DNA of 63,473 nucleotides, counting the filler, from Chiloscyllium plagiosum (lineage: Eukaryota): assembly GCF_004010195.1 (NCBI RefSeq). It is 3 parts of one record of this genome, joined end to end, with 100 filler letters (N's around TTAATTAATTAA, not from the genome) between each part and the next. Parts side by side here need not be neighbours in the genome. Positions count along the whole stretch, not along the records: positions 46,628 to 63,473 come from NC_057712.1; 2 more parts are not named here. The stretch is one strand, 5' to 3'. The notes beneath the pieces were generated by a model, which did not search any database, was not told where the DNA came from, and saw only the letters and a list, made by a program, of their open reading frames with translations. The position numbers were made by a program, and so were the translations under genes. Every line of letters begins with the position of its first letter. Positions within the stretch are counted from its first letter, which is position 1. Below, piece by piece: positions 50,172-62,592 of this stretch.

Positions 50172-52271
50172 TGAGGTTGCTACATGGACAACACAAACTG
50201 CACAATTGTACACAGCATAAAGTGCATAAGAAGTGCAAAACACACAAGTTACAGTGTAATAGAAGAATGATAAATAATAGAAATTTTTCTAGTAGCAATT
50301 TCAAGTCGTGCAAAGAATTTCGATGGGAAAGAGTCTAATCATAGTGTGTTAAGGAGCCTGATGGCTTGGGAGAAGAAATTGTTGCACAGTCTGGCCATGA
50401 GAGACCGAATGCTCCGGCATCTTCTGCCAGATGGCAGGAGGGAGAAGAGTTTGAGTGAGGGGTGTGTGGGGTCTTCCACAATGCAATGTCTGTAATGGAG
50501 GAAAGAGAGACCCCGATGATCTTCTCAGCTGTCCTCACTATCCGTTGTCAGGTCTTATAATCTGAGATGGTGCAATTCCTGAACCAAGCAGTGCTGCAGC
50601 GGCTCAGGGTACTCTCAATGAACCCTCTGTAGAATGTGGTGAGGATGGGGGCTGGGAGGTGGGCTTTCTTCAACCCACACAGAAAGTAGAGCAACTTCTG
50701 GGCTTTCTTGGCTATGGAGCTGGTGTTGAGGGTCCTGGTGAGATTCTCCACCAGGTGGACACTAAGAAATTTTGTGCTTGCACAATCTCCAAGGAGGAGC
50801 CATCAATGTCCAGCAGAGATTGGCGCTCCAAGCCCTCCTGAAGTCGACAAACATCTCTATTGTCGTGTCCACGTTCGGAGACAAGTTGTTGGCTCTACAC
50901 CAGTCCGTTAGTCGCTGCACGTCCTCTCTGTATCCTGACTCGTCATATGTGCTGATGAGACCCGTGTCATCAGCGAACTTGATAATGTGATTCAATGTGT
51001 GCATTGCTGCACAGTCATGTGTCAGCATAGAGTCATAGAGATGTACAGCACCGAAACAGACCCTTCGGTCCAACCAGTCCACGACGACCAGATATCCCAA
51101 ACTAATCTAGTCCAATTTGCCTTGGCCCATCACCCTCTAAACCCTACTTATTCATGTACCCATCCAGATGCCTTTTAAATGTTGCAATTGTACCAGCCTC
51201 CACCACTTCCTCTGGTAGCTCATTCCATAATCGCACCACCCTCTGTATGAAAACGTTGCCCTTAGGTCTCTTTTATATCTTTCCCCTCTCACCCTAAACC
51301 TATGCCCTCTAGTTCTGGATTCCCCCACCCCAGGGAAAAGACCTTATCTATTTATCCTATCCATGCCCCTCATGATTTTATAAACCTCTATGAAGTCACC
51401 CCTCAGCCTTTGACACTCCAGGGAAAACAGCCCCAGCCTACTCAACTCTCCCTATAGTTGCTCACCAACGCTAGCAACATCCTTGTAAATCTTTTCTGAA
51501 CCATTTCAAGTTTTACAACATCTTTCCGATAGGAAGGAGACCAGAATTGCACGCAATATTCTGAAAGTGACCTAACCAACACCCTGTACAGTCGAAGCAT
51601 GACCTCCCAACTCCTGTACTCAATACTTTGACCAATAAAGGAAAGCATACCAAACACCTTCTTCACTATCCTATCTACCTGTGACTCCACTTTCAAGGAG
51701 CTATGAACCTGCACTCCAAGGTCTCTTTGTTCAGCAACACTTCCTAGGACCTTACCATTAAGTGTATAAGTCCTGCTAAGATTTGCTTTCCCAAAATGCA
51801 GCACCTCACATTTATCTAAATTTAACTCCATCTGCCACTCCTCAGCCCATTGGCCCATCTGATCAAGGTCCCGTTGTAATCTGAGGTAATCTTCCTCGCT
51901 GTCCATTACACCTTCAATTTTGGTGTTTATACCTCCTATGTTCACATCCAAATCATTTACATAAATGACGAAAAGTAGTGGACCCAGCACCGATCCTCGT
52001 GGCACACCACTGGTCACAGGCCTCCAGTCTGAAAAATAACCCTCCACCACCACCCTCTGTCTTCTATCTTCGAGCCAGTTCTGTGTCCAAATGGCTAGTT
52101 CCCCCTGTATTCCATAAGATCTAACCTTATAAGCAGGATGAACAGCAGTGGACAGAGCACACAGCCCTGGGGAGGCCCCATGCTCAGTGTGATGGTGTTG
52201 AAGATGCTGTTCCCAATCTGGACTGACTGGGGTTTTCCCAGTCAGGAAGTCCAGGATCCAGTTACAAAGGG
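50172..52271 (-). mobile_element. Rex1/Babar-clade LINE RT, split by a CR1 insertion (51028-52130)
   Basis: SLCNWILDFLTG... (52132-52271) continues as LTHDCAAMHTLNHIIKFADD...LTDWCRANNLS...VDFRR, then KKAQKLLYFL...ILTTFYRG.IES and RTAEKIIGVSL. Confidence 0.88.
51028..52130 (-). mobile_element. CR1/HER1 LINE 3' portion
   Basis: VRSYGIQGELAIW...SGVPRGSVLGPLLFVIYVNDL...KLEMVQKRFTRML with (tagagtca) tail. Confidence 0.92.
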
Positions 52272-53278
52272 AGGTATATTTCCTGCAACTCCGCCCTTGA
52301 ATCCCCCTCCTCCAACTACAACAAGGATAGAACCTCCTAGTAGAAAGTGAGGACTGCAGATGCTGGGGATCAGAGTTGAGAATGTGGAAAAGCACAGCAG
52401 GTCAGGCAGCATCCAAGGAACAGGGGAATTGATGTTTCGGCTATAAGCCCTTCATCAGGAATTCATCAGGAGTGTTTCAGGGAACATCTTTGGGACACAT
52501 GCACCAAACAATCCCACTATCCCACTAAGGGGTGGTAGGTATAGGACAGATGTTAGGGGTAGGTTCTTTACTCAGCGAGTCGTGAGTTCATGGAATGCCC
52601 TGCCAGTAGCAGTGGTGGACTCTCCCTCTTTATGGGCATTTAAGCGGGCATTGGATAGGCATATGGAAGAAGTGGGCTAGTGTAGGTTAGGTGGGCTTGG
52701 ATCGGCGCAACATCGAGGGCCAAAGGGCCTGTACTGCGCTGTATTCTTCTATGTTCTATGTTCTATGTTCTATCCTGTGGCTAAACACTTCAACTCCTTC
52801 TTCCACTTCCCCAAGGGCATGCGAGTCCTGGGTCTCCTCCAGCACGAAATCAAAACCAGCTGGAGGAAGAATGCCTCATCTTCTGCCTTGGTACTCGTCA
52901 GCCACATGGCATCAACATCGACTTCACTAGCTTCCAAATCTCCCCTCCTCTCACTTCATCCCACATCCAACCCTCCAACTCGGTACTGCCCTCTTGACCT
53001 ATCCTACCTGTCCATCTTCTTTCCCACCTATCCGCCCCACCCTCCCCACTGACCTATCACAATTACCCCCAACCTGCATCCACCTACCATTTTCCCAGCT
53101 ACCTGCCCCAAGCCCCACTCCCATCCCCCTATTTATCTCTCAGCCCCCTTACCCCACATCCACATTCCTGATGAAGGTCTTATGCTCAAACCATCAACTC
53201 TCCTGCTTCTCAGATGCTGCCTGAGCTGCTGTGCTTTTCGATTCTGACTCTCCAGCATCTGCAGTCCCCACTTTCTCC
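52272..53278 (+). mobile_element. PLE fragments: linker piece, inverted pLTR (52343-52462), GIY-YIG C-part and pLTR; CR1 3' fragment (52524-52772) inserted
   Basis: Hammerhead-like motifs at 52431-52458 (-) and 53168-53195 (+). VAKHFNS motif. The CR1 piece ends in (ttctatg)n. Confidence 0.82.
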
Positions 53279-53814
53279 TATGCCTTGATGTTATAAGTGG
53301 CTGGGGAGGTGCAGCGTGGGGCCTTGTAAATGGTAGGCTTCATTGAGACTGTGCATGGCTATCTCTTGTCCAATAAGATGGGCAGCGGTGATCCAAGAAA
53401 AATCACTGTCCCAAAGCAAACTGTGGTTTTCTGGCCAGCATGATGTGGAGGAGCTTCTCATTGTTCTTCTCCCGGACATGTTAGAAACTTTCCATCTCTG
53501 TTTGAGGATGAAGGTTTCTCTGATTACCTATCTGTCTTCTCCAGCCTTGGCTATATTCAGGTGACCTTCAAAAAGAAGCCCACCCTGTTCACTGGTCTGC
53601 TCAGCAGGCCTGTAGCCAAATGTAGCCAGCAGCACACAACGAGCATCTTACAAACAGCACTAAAGGGATCAAGATTCAACTTGGGAATTTATCTCAATTT
53701 TGTTTGATTCCCTGTGTAATTATCTCAGTGGAGGCAATTGTGCAGAATTTCCTTTTGCTGACACTGAGACCCTGCCCACCCCACAAGTACATTCCTCTTT
53801 CTGTCATGAAAAGC

Positions 53815-54150
53815 AAGGCTGGTGCTGTAGCAGTGAAATCTTGCAATCCAGAGCTCGAAGCTGGAGATGTGTGTTCAAATCCCACCATCGTAAATGGTGA
53901 AATTTGATTTCAGTTTAACAAAAAAGCTGCAATTAAAAGCCAGACAAGAGGCAACAATGGTTATTAAAATCCCTCTGGCTCACTAACAGATGATGTTAAA
54001 TGTAATCACTAATCAGTCTGGCCTATTTCAGACCTACAGGTTGACTCTGAAATGCCCACTAAAATGTCCTGGTGAGCCCAGTGAGGTAACCAGGGGTGAG
54101 CAACAAATGTTGGGCCTGGTTAGTAAAGCCCACATCCCATGGCAAAATAA
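53815..54150 (+). mobile_element. Old tRNA-derived SINE (second family)
   Basis: B box gtgttcaaatccc. Body and 3' end similar to 1711-2035. Confidence 0.6.
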
Positions 54151-54647
54151 AGGGACAAAATAAAACAGTCAAGTTTGGAGTTACAGATCAAAGCTGAATT
54201 TTTAAAATATGATGTGTCAGAAACTACAATCCTGACCAGAAGAGGGTTAAAACACACAGTCTGCGTTAATTCCAAACATGATCTGTCCATTTAGCCAGCA
54301 TTATTTGAATCTCATGAAGTCAGTCCGCCCCCTACTGGTGCAACTAGAAGAGTTCTGAGACAGCAGAACCAAATTCTCATTTTTGTCTCAAGTTAATTAG
54401 AGGCAGTTAATTTGAGACAGTTCGAGGACAGAGGTTGGCAGTAACTCTGCCACCTTTCCATTTTTGGTTAAAGAACCAAAAATTCTTTGATACTTCATTG
54501 TGTCCATCTCACATGTCATGTCCCTCTGCTGTCCTGAGGCACTTGGGAACTGAGTGCTACATTTGACACCTGACCCCACGATAAGATGGCACCTTTCCTG
54601 TCAGCTTTCACTGGGATTAGCCAGTATTGACCTCAGACAGTTTTCGT

Positions 54648-55170
54648 AGAATCATACATTATGGAAACATAACTTTCAGTCCAACCAGTCCATGCCGAAC
54701 ATAACCCCAAACTAAACTAGTCCCATCTGCCTGTGTTTGGCATATACCCCTCCAAACCTTTCCTATTCGTTTACTTAGCCAAATGTCTTTTAAATGTTGT
54801 AATTGTATCACATCCACCACTTCCTCAGGAAGTTCATTCCACACACGAGCCACCCTCTGCGTAAAAGTTTTAGCCCTCATGGCTTTTTTAAATCTCTCTC
54901 CTCTCACCTTAAACATTGACCCCTAGTCTTGAAATTCCCCATCTTGGGGAAAAGACAATTATCATTAACTATTTATACTTCTCATCATTTTATAAATTTC
55001 TATAAATGATATATTATATACATAATATTTATATATATGTATACATAGTCTATATTTTATAAATTTCATATGCTCCCATGAAAAATGTCCCAACCTATCC
55101 AACCTTTCTTTATAACTTAAACCTTCCAAACTTGGCAATAACCTGGTAAATCTCTTCTGAACCCTCTCCT
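54648..55170 (-). mobile_element. CR1/HER1 3' end
   Basis: FKVRGERFKK...FTQRVARVWNELPEEVVD. Confidence 0.85.
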
Positions 55171-55284
55171 GTTAATGAAATCTTTAAATGATATGAGGAG
55201 GTGTGATTGTGGGGGATGGTAGAGGGAATTAATAACCTCCTTCCAACAGAAGCTGAAGAATCAGATCATGCCGAACATAGAAGC

Positions 55285-56778
55285 ATGGTTGGTACATTTG
55301 CGGATGACACCGCACATTGGTGGTATACTGGACAGTGAAGTTGGTTATCTACGAGCACAACAGGATCTTGATCAACTGGGCCAAAGCCCAAGGAATGGCA
55401 TATGGTGTTTAATTCAGATAAAAGCAAGGTGTTGCATTTTGGTAAGACAAACCAGGGTAGGACTAATACAGCTAATGATAGGGTCTTGGGGAGTGTTGTC
55501 GTACAGAAATCCAGGCTTACAGGTACATAGTTCCTTGAAAGTGGCGCCACAGGTAGACAGGATAATGAAGACGGCATTTGGCATGCTTACCTTCATCAGT
55601 CAGTGCATTGAGTACAGGAGTTGGGACATCATGTTATGGTTTATAGGACATTGATGAAGCCACTTTGGGAGTGCTTCATACAAGTCTAGTCACCCTGCTA
55701 TAGAAAGGATGTTATTAAACTGGAAAGGGTGCAAAAAAGAATGTTACCAAGATTGAAAGGTTTGAGTTATTGAATCGAATAGCATTTATTGTCCCATACA
55801 CTCAATGAGTATAGTGAAACATTTATGTGTCTCCAGTTACAGCACTGACTTAGATGCAAAAGTGCCTAGGCACAGCTTCTTTAGTTACAAAATCTTAGAC
55901 AATACAGAAATATAAGCGTCCAGCATGATAGAAATAGATATTCAATGCAGCAGAGTGCGCTGACACCTAGCTTCCAGTCCATACCTGGCCCAGGCTCCAC
56001 ACCGTGTTGGCTCCACACCGTGTTGGCTACACACCATGCTGGGAGGTCACTGTGCCAGTTGGGAGGTCGCCATGGAAGGCCAATGCACCAGAGAAGTCCA
56101 GAGATTGTTGCCAGTGGTTGAGAATTGTTGCTTGCTGGAGGCTGAGAATCATTGCAGGACGCTGGGAATTGTCACTCGTCTGAGGCCGGGAATCGTTGCC
56201 AGAAGGCTGAAGCGATAGAGAAAAAAGAAGGGAGAAGGGGAAGAAGAGAGAAGAAAAGCACTGAGAGGAAGAAAAAGAGGAGAAAAAGAAGAAAATACAA
56301 TGAAGAGTGGGCAGAGCAGATATGCTCTGTCTGGAGCTTCCTACTCTGCTGCCATCTTGCACCAGGTAAGGAGAAGTTGGATAGAATGGGACTTTCTTCC
56401 TTGGAGTGTAGGAGACTGAGAGGTGACCTTATAAAGGTTTATGAAACCATTAAGGGCATGGATAAGGTGAATAGCCAAGGTCTTTTCCCAGGGTATGGGA
56501 GTCCAAAATTAGAGGGCATAGCTTTACGGTGAGATGGAAAAGATTTAAAAAGGACCTGAGGGACAGCTTTTTCACACAGAGAGTGGTGTGTATGTGGAAT
56601 GACTGCCAGACGAAGTGATGGATGCAGGTACAACTACAACACTTAAAGATATTTGGATGGATCCGTGGATGGGAAAGGTTTCGAGAATATGGGCCACATG
56701 TAGGCAAATGGGACTAGTTCAGCACAGAAGAGTTGGGCTGAAGAGTCTCTTTCCATGCTGTATGCCTCTGACTCTAAG
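55285..56778 (+). mobile_element. CR1/HER1 3' portion interrupted by a non-autonomous element (55770-56365)
   Basis: FADDT...QVHSSLKVAPQVDR...IEYRSWD. After the insert it reads LECRRLRGDLIKVYE. Confidence 0.85.
55770..56365 (-). mobile_element. Non-autonomous retroposon with 5' CAAGATGGC motif, internal short tandem repeats and gacaataaa-(attc) tail
   Basis: It cleanly splits a CR1 (gagttat | taaggag). Minus strand starts gcaagatggcagcagag and ends gggacaataaatgctattcgattca. Confidence 0.65.
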
Positions 56779-59046
56779 ACTCTAATCACCAACATCAGTT
56801 AGTGATCCCTGAGCTAGACATGTGTACAGGGATATCAGGTGAGAAATCACTTGTGATGCCCCGCATGGTTGAAGAGTCTGCCCAGACGATGGCCACTTGA
56901 ATAAGGTATTTGGAATTCTGGCATGCTGGTGGGCAGGTATTGGAGACTTTCTGGTCGTGAGTAGCGTATAATGAAAAATGCTGAGGCTGTCAATTTTGTA
57001 GTTCAGAGATGAGAGAGCAGGCATCAGGCCTGTCATGTTTTAAAAGGCTATGAATAATTACTAGCAAGTAAAATCTGCACAGCATATTAACAAACAGCTG
57101 GTAACAATAAGATACTGAATACACACAGTGTGAGCCAATGTCATGTCTTGTTTTCTCCTCTGCCAGCTCAATTAGAACTCTAACATTAAAGTAAACAGGA
57201 GCCAAGTACATCAGGAAATAGTTTGATGAACTGAGTACAAAGCTAGACCAAGTTACCACCCTTCACAATGTTGAGGGTATCCAAGGGGAGTTCTGAAGTA
57301 ATTCTTGGCTAATTTGTTACTTAGTCTCAATAGATCAAAGTATTGGTAAGTGAGATTTCCCTTTGGCACAGGGAACTCCTCCATCAACCTCTCCAACATT
57401 GGCCTCACCTCATTCCATTCCTACTGATCCAGTTGCAGTCACAGAATCTCCCGCCAACAGCTTCATTTATCCTTCCTGCTCTTATACCACTGGTGTCCTC
57501 CATGTATCTATCCTACTTCTCTTCCACATGATGTCTCTTGGTGACCCCACTCCCTGATCCCAGGCCTCTTCCCCTCACTATTGTCTGTTATTTGACCAGG
57601 CAGTTTCCCCAGTACAGAACTCCCCTGTGACTCTGAGCCAATCCTCTGGCCCCCTTTGCAAGCACATCTTGCTTTCACTTGGTGTAGTTGTTTGGCCTCA
57701 CTTAGTGCTAAATCAGTAGAACATTCCCCAAGTGACCAGAAAAGGTGATGTTTCATGTTAAATAAAAACCCATGAGGAACAGACACTTGGAAACCCATAT
57801 ACTAGGAAGAAATCACCACCTTCAGGAGAGAGGAGAAAAGACAAACTTGCTAAGAATTGCATTGGAAAATCCTTGAAGAGATTGGGAGCTCACCTTATGA
57901 AACTATACAGTCTCTTGGGAGAGGAGTGTGGTGCATAACATTGTCTATCTTCTGGTTTGAGGTGCAACATAGCAATGTGTGCCTAATGCAGTTTGACTAC
58001 CTACATGGTAAAGGACTGCTACATGGTAAAGGCTGCTGTGGAACTTGGTCTCTGACAGCAGCAATACCACAAAAGAGATTCACTCGGCTGATCCCTGCAA
58101 ACAAAGGGTGGGGGGAGTCTCAAACTAGGGGAAGAAATCATAGATTAAGGAGGCACTCATCAAAAACTGAGGTGTGAAGGAATTTCTTCTCCCGGACGAT
58201 AATGAATGTCCAGAATTCTCTACTCCGTGGAGTTATGGAGGCTAGATCTCTGAAAATATTTAAAGAGGACAGACATAGGATTTTGAAATATCAACGGGTT
58301 AATAGCCTTGAGGAACTGACATTAAAAAGGCGTTGAGGCCATTGGGCAGACCAACCGAGATCTTATCAGATGGCTAAACTGAGATGACAGACAAAGATGA
58401 GAAAACATGTTTTCTCTCAGAAGGTTTTGGAATTCCTTTCCCTCAAAAGGCAATAGATGCAGAATCTTTAAATATTTTTTAAGGCACACATAGGTAGATT
58501 CTTGATTAGCATGGAGATGAATGATTATTGGGGAATGAAGGAATGTAGGGTTGAGGTTCAAATCAAGTCATTTATGATCTTATCAAATGGTGGAGCAGGT
58601 TCAAATGGCGGACCTACACTTGTTCCTTGTTAATATGTTCATCTGGTGATGAATGTTTGAGGCAGAATTTCCACTCCTGCTCCTAATTCTTATGTTCTCT
58701 CTTCTTACAAAGGGGCAAATTCAATGGAAACTTTAAGAAGCCCATTGAACTTGTATATAAAGAAGGTTAATTTACAGGTCATGGTGGTTATAGGGGTAAG
58801 TAACTAGGGTGTGGAATTAATCACACAAGAAAACCAAAATTCTGGGGACACTGGAACTCTGAAACAAACGCAGAAAAGGCTGGAGAAACTCAAGAGGTCT
58901 GGCAGCATCTGTGGAGAACTGAAGAAGAGTCACACCAGTGCCAGACCTGCAGAATTTCTCCTGCCTATTCTATGTTTGTCATAGAATTAAATTGTTTGAT
59001 TATTCCATTGAACCAGTAGAGGCACATTTGGTCAATTGGTCTACTT

Positions 59047-59379
59047 TCATAGAATCATAGAATCCCTACAGTGTGGAAACAGGCGATTCGGCTCAACAAG
59101 TCCACACCAACTCTCCAAAGAGAAACCCACTCATGTCCATTCCCCTACCCTATTACTTTACATTTACCCATGACTAATGCACCTAATCTGCACACTCCAG
59201 AACACTATGGGCCATTTAGCATGGCCAATTCACTTAACCTGCACATCTTTGGATCGTGGAAGGAAACCCAGACAGACAATGTGCAAACTCCACACAGACA
59301 ATCACACTAGGTTAGAGTCAAACCAGGGTCCCTGGTGCTGTGAGGCAACAGTGTTAATCACTGAGCTGCCATGCCACCC
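59047..59379 (-). mobile_element. HE1-type V-SINE
   Basis: Same head, core and (gattctat)n tail as the other copies. Confidence 0.88.
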
Positions 59380-59821
59380 TTGTTCTATAAGATTCTATGA
59401 TCCTTTAAAGAGATGGGGAAGGGGAGGGAGAGGAAGCTTAAATACCTCATGGGTGCTACATTGGCTCCTGAATGGAATCTGGCATGACCTTGACTCCCAC
59501 TGTCTCTGAGGCACAGACTTGACCGGTCAGTTCCAGAGGACAAAGAGCCTCCACACAGCCTGGGGACAGGAACTCACTCTCTGACCAGCATCAAACATTA
59601 TCACATGCCTGGCCTGAAGCCTGCATGGGATTTGACAGCACATTTGCCAGCAATTAGATAGGAGCTACAAAACCTTTATTTTAAAAAACATATACTGACA
59701 CATCAATGGATAGTTGATGGCTGGACAAGCAAAATAGGGCAGGACCTGCCAAAAGTAGAAGTTTGTCTTCATAAAATACAATGTATTCCTTGATCAAAGC
59801 TCATTAAAGCACAATCAAGAA

Positions 59822-60270
59822 GGATGATGTGTAGGAGCCGGTGTTGGACTGGGGAAGACAAAGTTAAAATTCACACAACAAACAGGCTATAGTTCAACAG
59901 ATTTATTTGAAAGTACAAGCTTTCAGAGTGCTGCTCCTTCGTCAGGTAGCTAGTGGGGCAGGATTATAGGGCACAAAATTTGTTGCAAAAGATCAAAGTA
60001 TGCTATGTATTGAACAAACCTAGGTTGTTGTTAAGTCTTAGCCACATAGAGTGGGTTGCAGGTTTCGATTCATTAATATGTAAATCCCAAAGAACTTATT
60101 TCAAGTCACATTCCCGAAATAACTTAATTTTTTCTTAAAAAGTGACATCTTAGTTCAGACGATGCGTTAAAGGTGTGAGGTCAGAGTCTGTCTATATTCC
60201 AACCTTGAGTCAGACCGGTTATATTTCCAAAGTAGGAATTTATAAAATGTCACATGGACTGACTGCCTAC
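59822..60270 (-). mobile_element. PLE family B-related pLTR with hammerhead motif (59917-59945)
   Basis: Minus strand CTGACGA-A-GGAGC-AGC-ACTCT-GAAA-GCTT. Terminus similar to 37535-37660. Confidence 0.75.
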
Positions 60271-60764
60271 AAATTGCATTTTGATAGCATCTTGCACAAC
60301 CTCAGGATGCGCCAAAGTGCTTTGAAGCCAATGAAGTCACTTTTAGATTGTTTCAGTACAGGAAATGTAAAAGCAGGAGTAACGGCTTTGCACCTAACTG
60401 GCCCATATGAAGCTGTAATACGTCCAATTTCTGAGAACAGTAGATTCTAAACGAACAGAATAAAATGACATTCACTGGTGAAGTGATACTGAGCAAACTG
60501 TGCCTTTTGATAGATTTCATCCAGGTCTCCCAAAAGTAATGGTTAGTGAAATAGTTGATGCTTTGGTTTTAATTTTCTAAAATGCTCTTGATTCAAGGAA
60601 GGTTCCATTGAATTCAAAATTAGCACATGTAACTATTCAAAGAGGACAGGAGACAGAAAACAGGAAACTACAGGCCAGTTAGCTTAACATCTGCAATTTG
60701 GAAAATGAGCACAGTTAGTATTGAGGTCTAGCAGAGCACTTAGAAATGTTCAAGGCAAAGTCAG

Positions 60765-60868
60765 AGTGTTCTGAAGAAGGGGTCACTGGACTCGAAACAT
60801 TCTGTGTTTTCTCTCCACAGAAGCCACCAGACCTGCTGAGTTTCTCCAGCATATTCTGTTTTTGTTTG
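60765..60868 (+). mobile_element. PLE family E pLTR end with hammerhead motif (60771-60801)
   Basis: CTGAAGA-AG-GGGTC-ACTG-GACTC-GAAAC-ATT. Related decayed copies at about 24222-24310 (+), 26640-26770 (-) and 58830-58978 (fold-back). Confidence 0.7.
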
Positions 60869-61349
60869 CTTTACGCAAAGACAATCTAGTTTTGGGGAAA
60901 AGAAATCATTATAGCCAGTTTATTCAAGTTCTTTAAGAAAGTAAACATAGAGTCATAGAGATGTACAGCATGGAAACAAACCCTTCGGTCCAACCCATCC
61001 ACGCCAACCAGATATCCCAACTCAATCTAGTCCCACCTTTCAGCACCCGGCCCATATCCCTCCAAACCCTTCCTATTCATCCAAATGCCTCTTAAATGTT
61101 GCAAAAATATTGGATAAAGGGGATTTGATGTGTTCTGCACTTATATTTTCCGAGTCATTGGTAAGGTGCCTCATTTCGCTGAAAATAAAAGCTCATGATG
61201 AAAGGGATATGACATCAGCATGGATGAAAGATTGGCTGACTAGCAGAATCCAGAGAGCTAGTGTGTCTTCTTCTGGTTGGTAAGATGTAATAAGTGGTCT
61301 ACCACTGAAACTGGTACTGGGCCCTCAACCGTTCACCATTTACAAAAAT

Positions 61350-61700
61350 GGGTGGGACGATGGCTCAGTGGTTAGCGCTGCTACCTCACAGCACCGGGGA
61401 TCTGGGTTCAATTCCAGCCTCAGGCACCTGTCTGTCAGGAGTTTACACATACTCCCTGTGTTTGCATGGATTTCCACCAGATGCTCCAGTTCCCTCCCAC
61501 AATTTAAAGGTATGCAGTTTAGGTGGATTGGCCATTCTAAACTTCCCATAGTTTCTGGGGATCTGCAGCCTAGGTAGATTAGCCATGAGAAATGCAGGGT
61601 TACAAGGAGGGGAGTGGGTCTGAGGAGGATGTTCTTCAGAGGGTTGGGATGGGCTCAATGGGCTGAATGGCCTACTCTCAAACTGTAGGGATTCTATGAT
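61350..61700 (+). mobile_element. HE1-type V-SINE
   Basis: A box tggctcagtgg, B box ggttcaattcc and gattctatgat tail. Confidence 0.9.
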
Positions 61701-62592
61701 AATGGCTTGATTGAAGGAACAAAAGATATGGTTACTAAAATTGCAGACGAGTAAACTGTGAAGAGAACCTAAAAACTTTACAAACACACAGGTGAAGTGA
61801 ACGAGCAAAGAACTGGCCAATCAAATATTACGTGGGAAGATATGAAACTGTTCATTTTAAACAGAATGTGAAATGTGAAAAGTTGCTGAACTCTGAGATG
61901 CAGAGACATCTGGGTGTCTCAGGGCAGTCATCACAAACCTAACAGGCATAGCAAATAATAAGGAAAGCAAATAAAATGTGAGCATTTGTTGTGAGGGAAT
62001 TGAATGCAGAAATAGAGAGATTATGTTTCAGTGTATAGAGGGCACTGGCTGAGACCGCATCTGGAGTATTGTGTACAGCGTCGGTCACTTTATGTAAAGA
62101 AGGATGTAATTTTGTTGGAAGCAGTTGCCATATGCCTTCTTAACAGACTATCAACCTGAAATGCTGTTGCCCTTTCTTCAGTGACACTGACAATGATATG
62201 TCCTTGTCACCTACAGGTCAAACTGGGTTATTGCTGCCAAATCTGATTTGCTGAACTTTTCCTGAGCGTGGCCTTTTCTTACAATACTTACACCCTGGAG
62301 AATTATTCCACCTGACAGTGGCCCAGCACTCATGATGCAAACTTCCGCTGGAACCCTCCGAGAAAAGTCCTAATTTTACAGTCAGAGACTTTGGATGGTG
62401 CTGATGCACTTACCTGGATAGTTGCCCAAAACAAGTTAGAGGTCTAAACCTGCATCTATACCTGGCTCACTGTACGACAGACTGCCTCAGTTTCACACTG
62501 ATCCCCCCCTCCACCATAGAACATAGAACATTACAGCGCAGTACAAGCCCTTTGGCCCTTGATGTTGCACTGACCTGTCATACAAATCTGAA

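Larger units (their letters stand above)
60500..62125 (+). mobile_element. Old CR1-group LINE remnant with nested PLE end, CR1 3' end (60946-61102, -) and HE1
   Basis: ggaaactacaggccagttagcttaacatct (GNYRPVSLTS), VLGPQPFTIY, KIADE and RPHLEYCVQ motifs. Confidence 0.75.

Noticed and set aside
51442..52395. 317-aa ORF as a novel fusion gene
   Set aside because: It is a chance read-through across PLE, Rex1 and CR1 fragments.
62405..62480. Strong minus-strand donor CAG|gtaagt as a coding exon end
   Set aside because: The upstream candidate exon has stops in all three frames.
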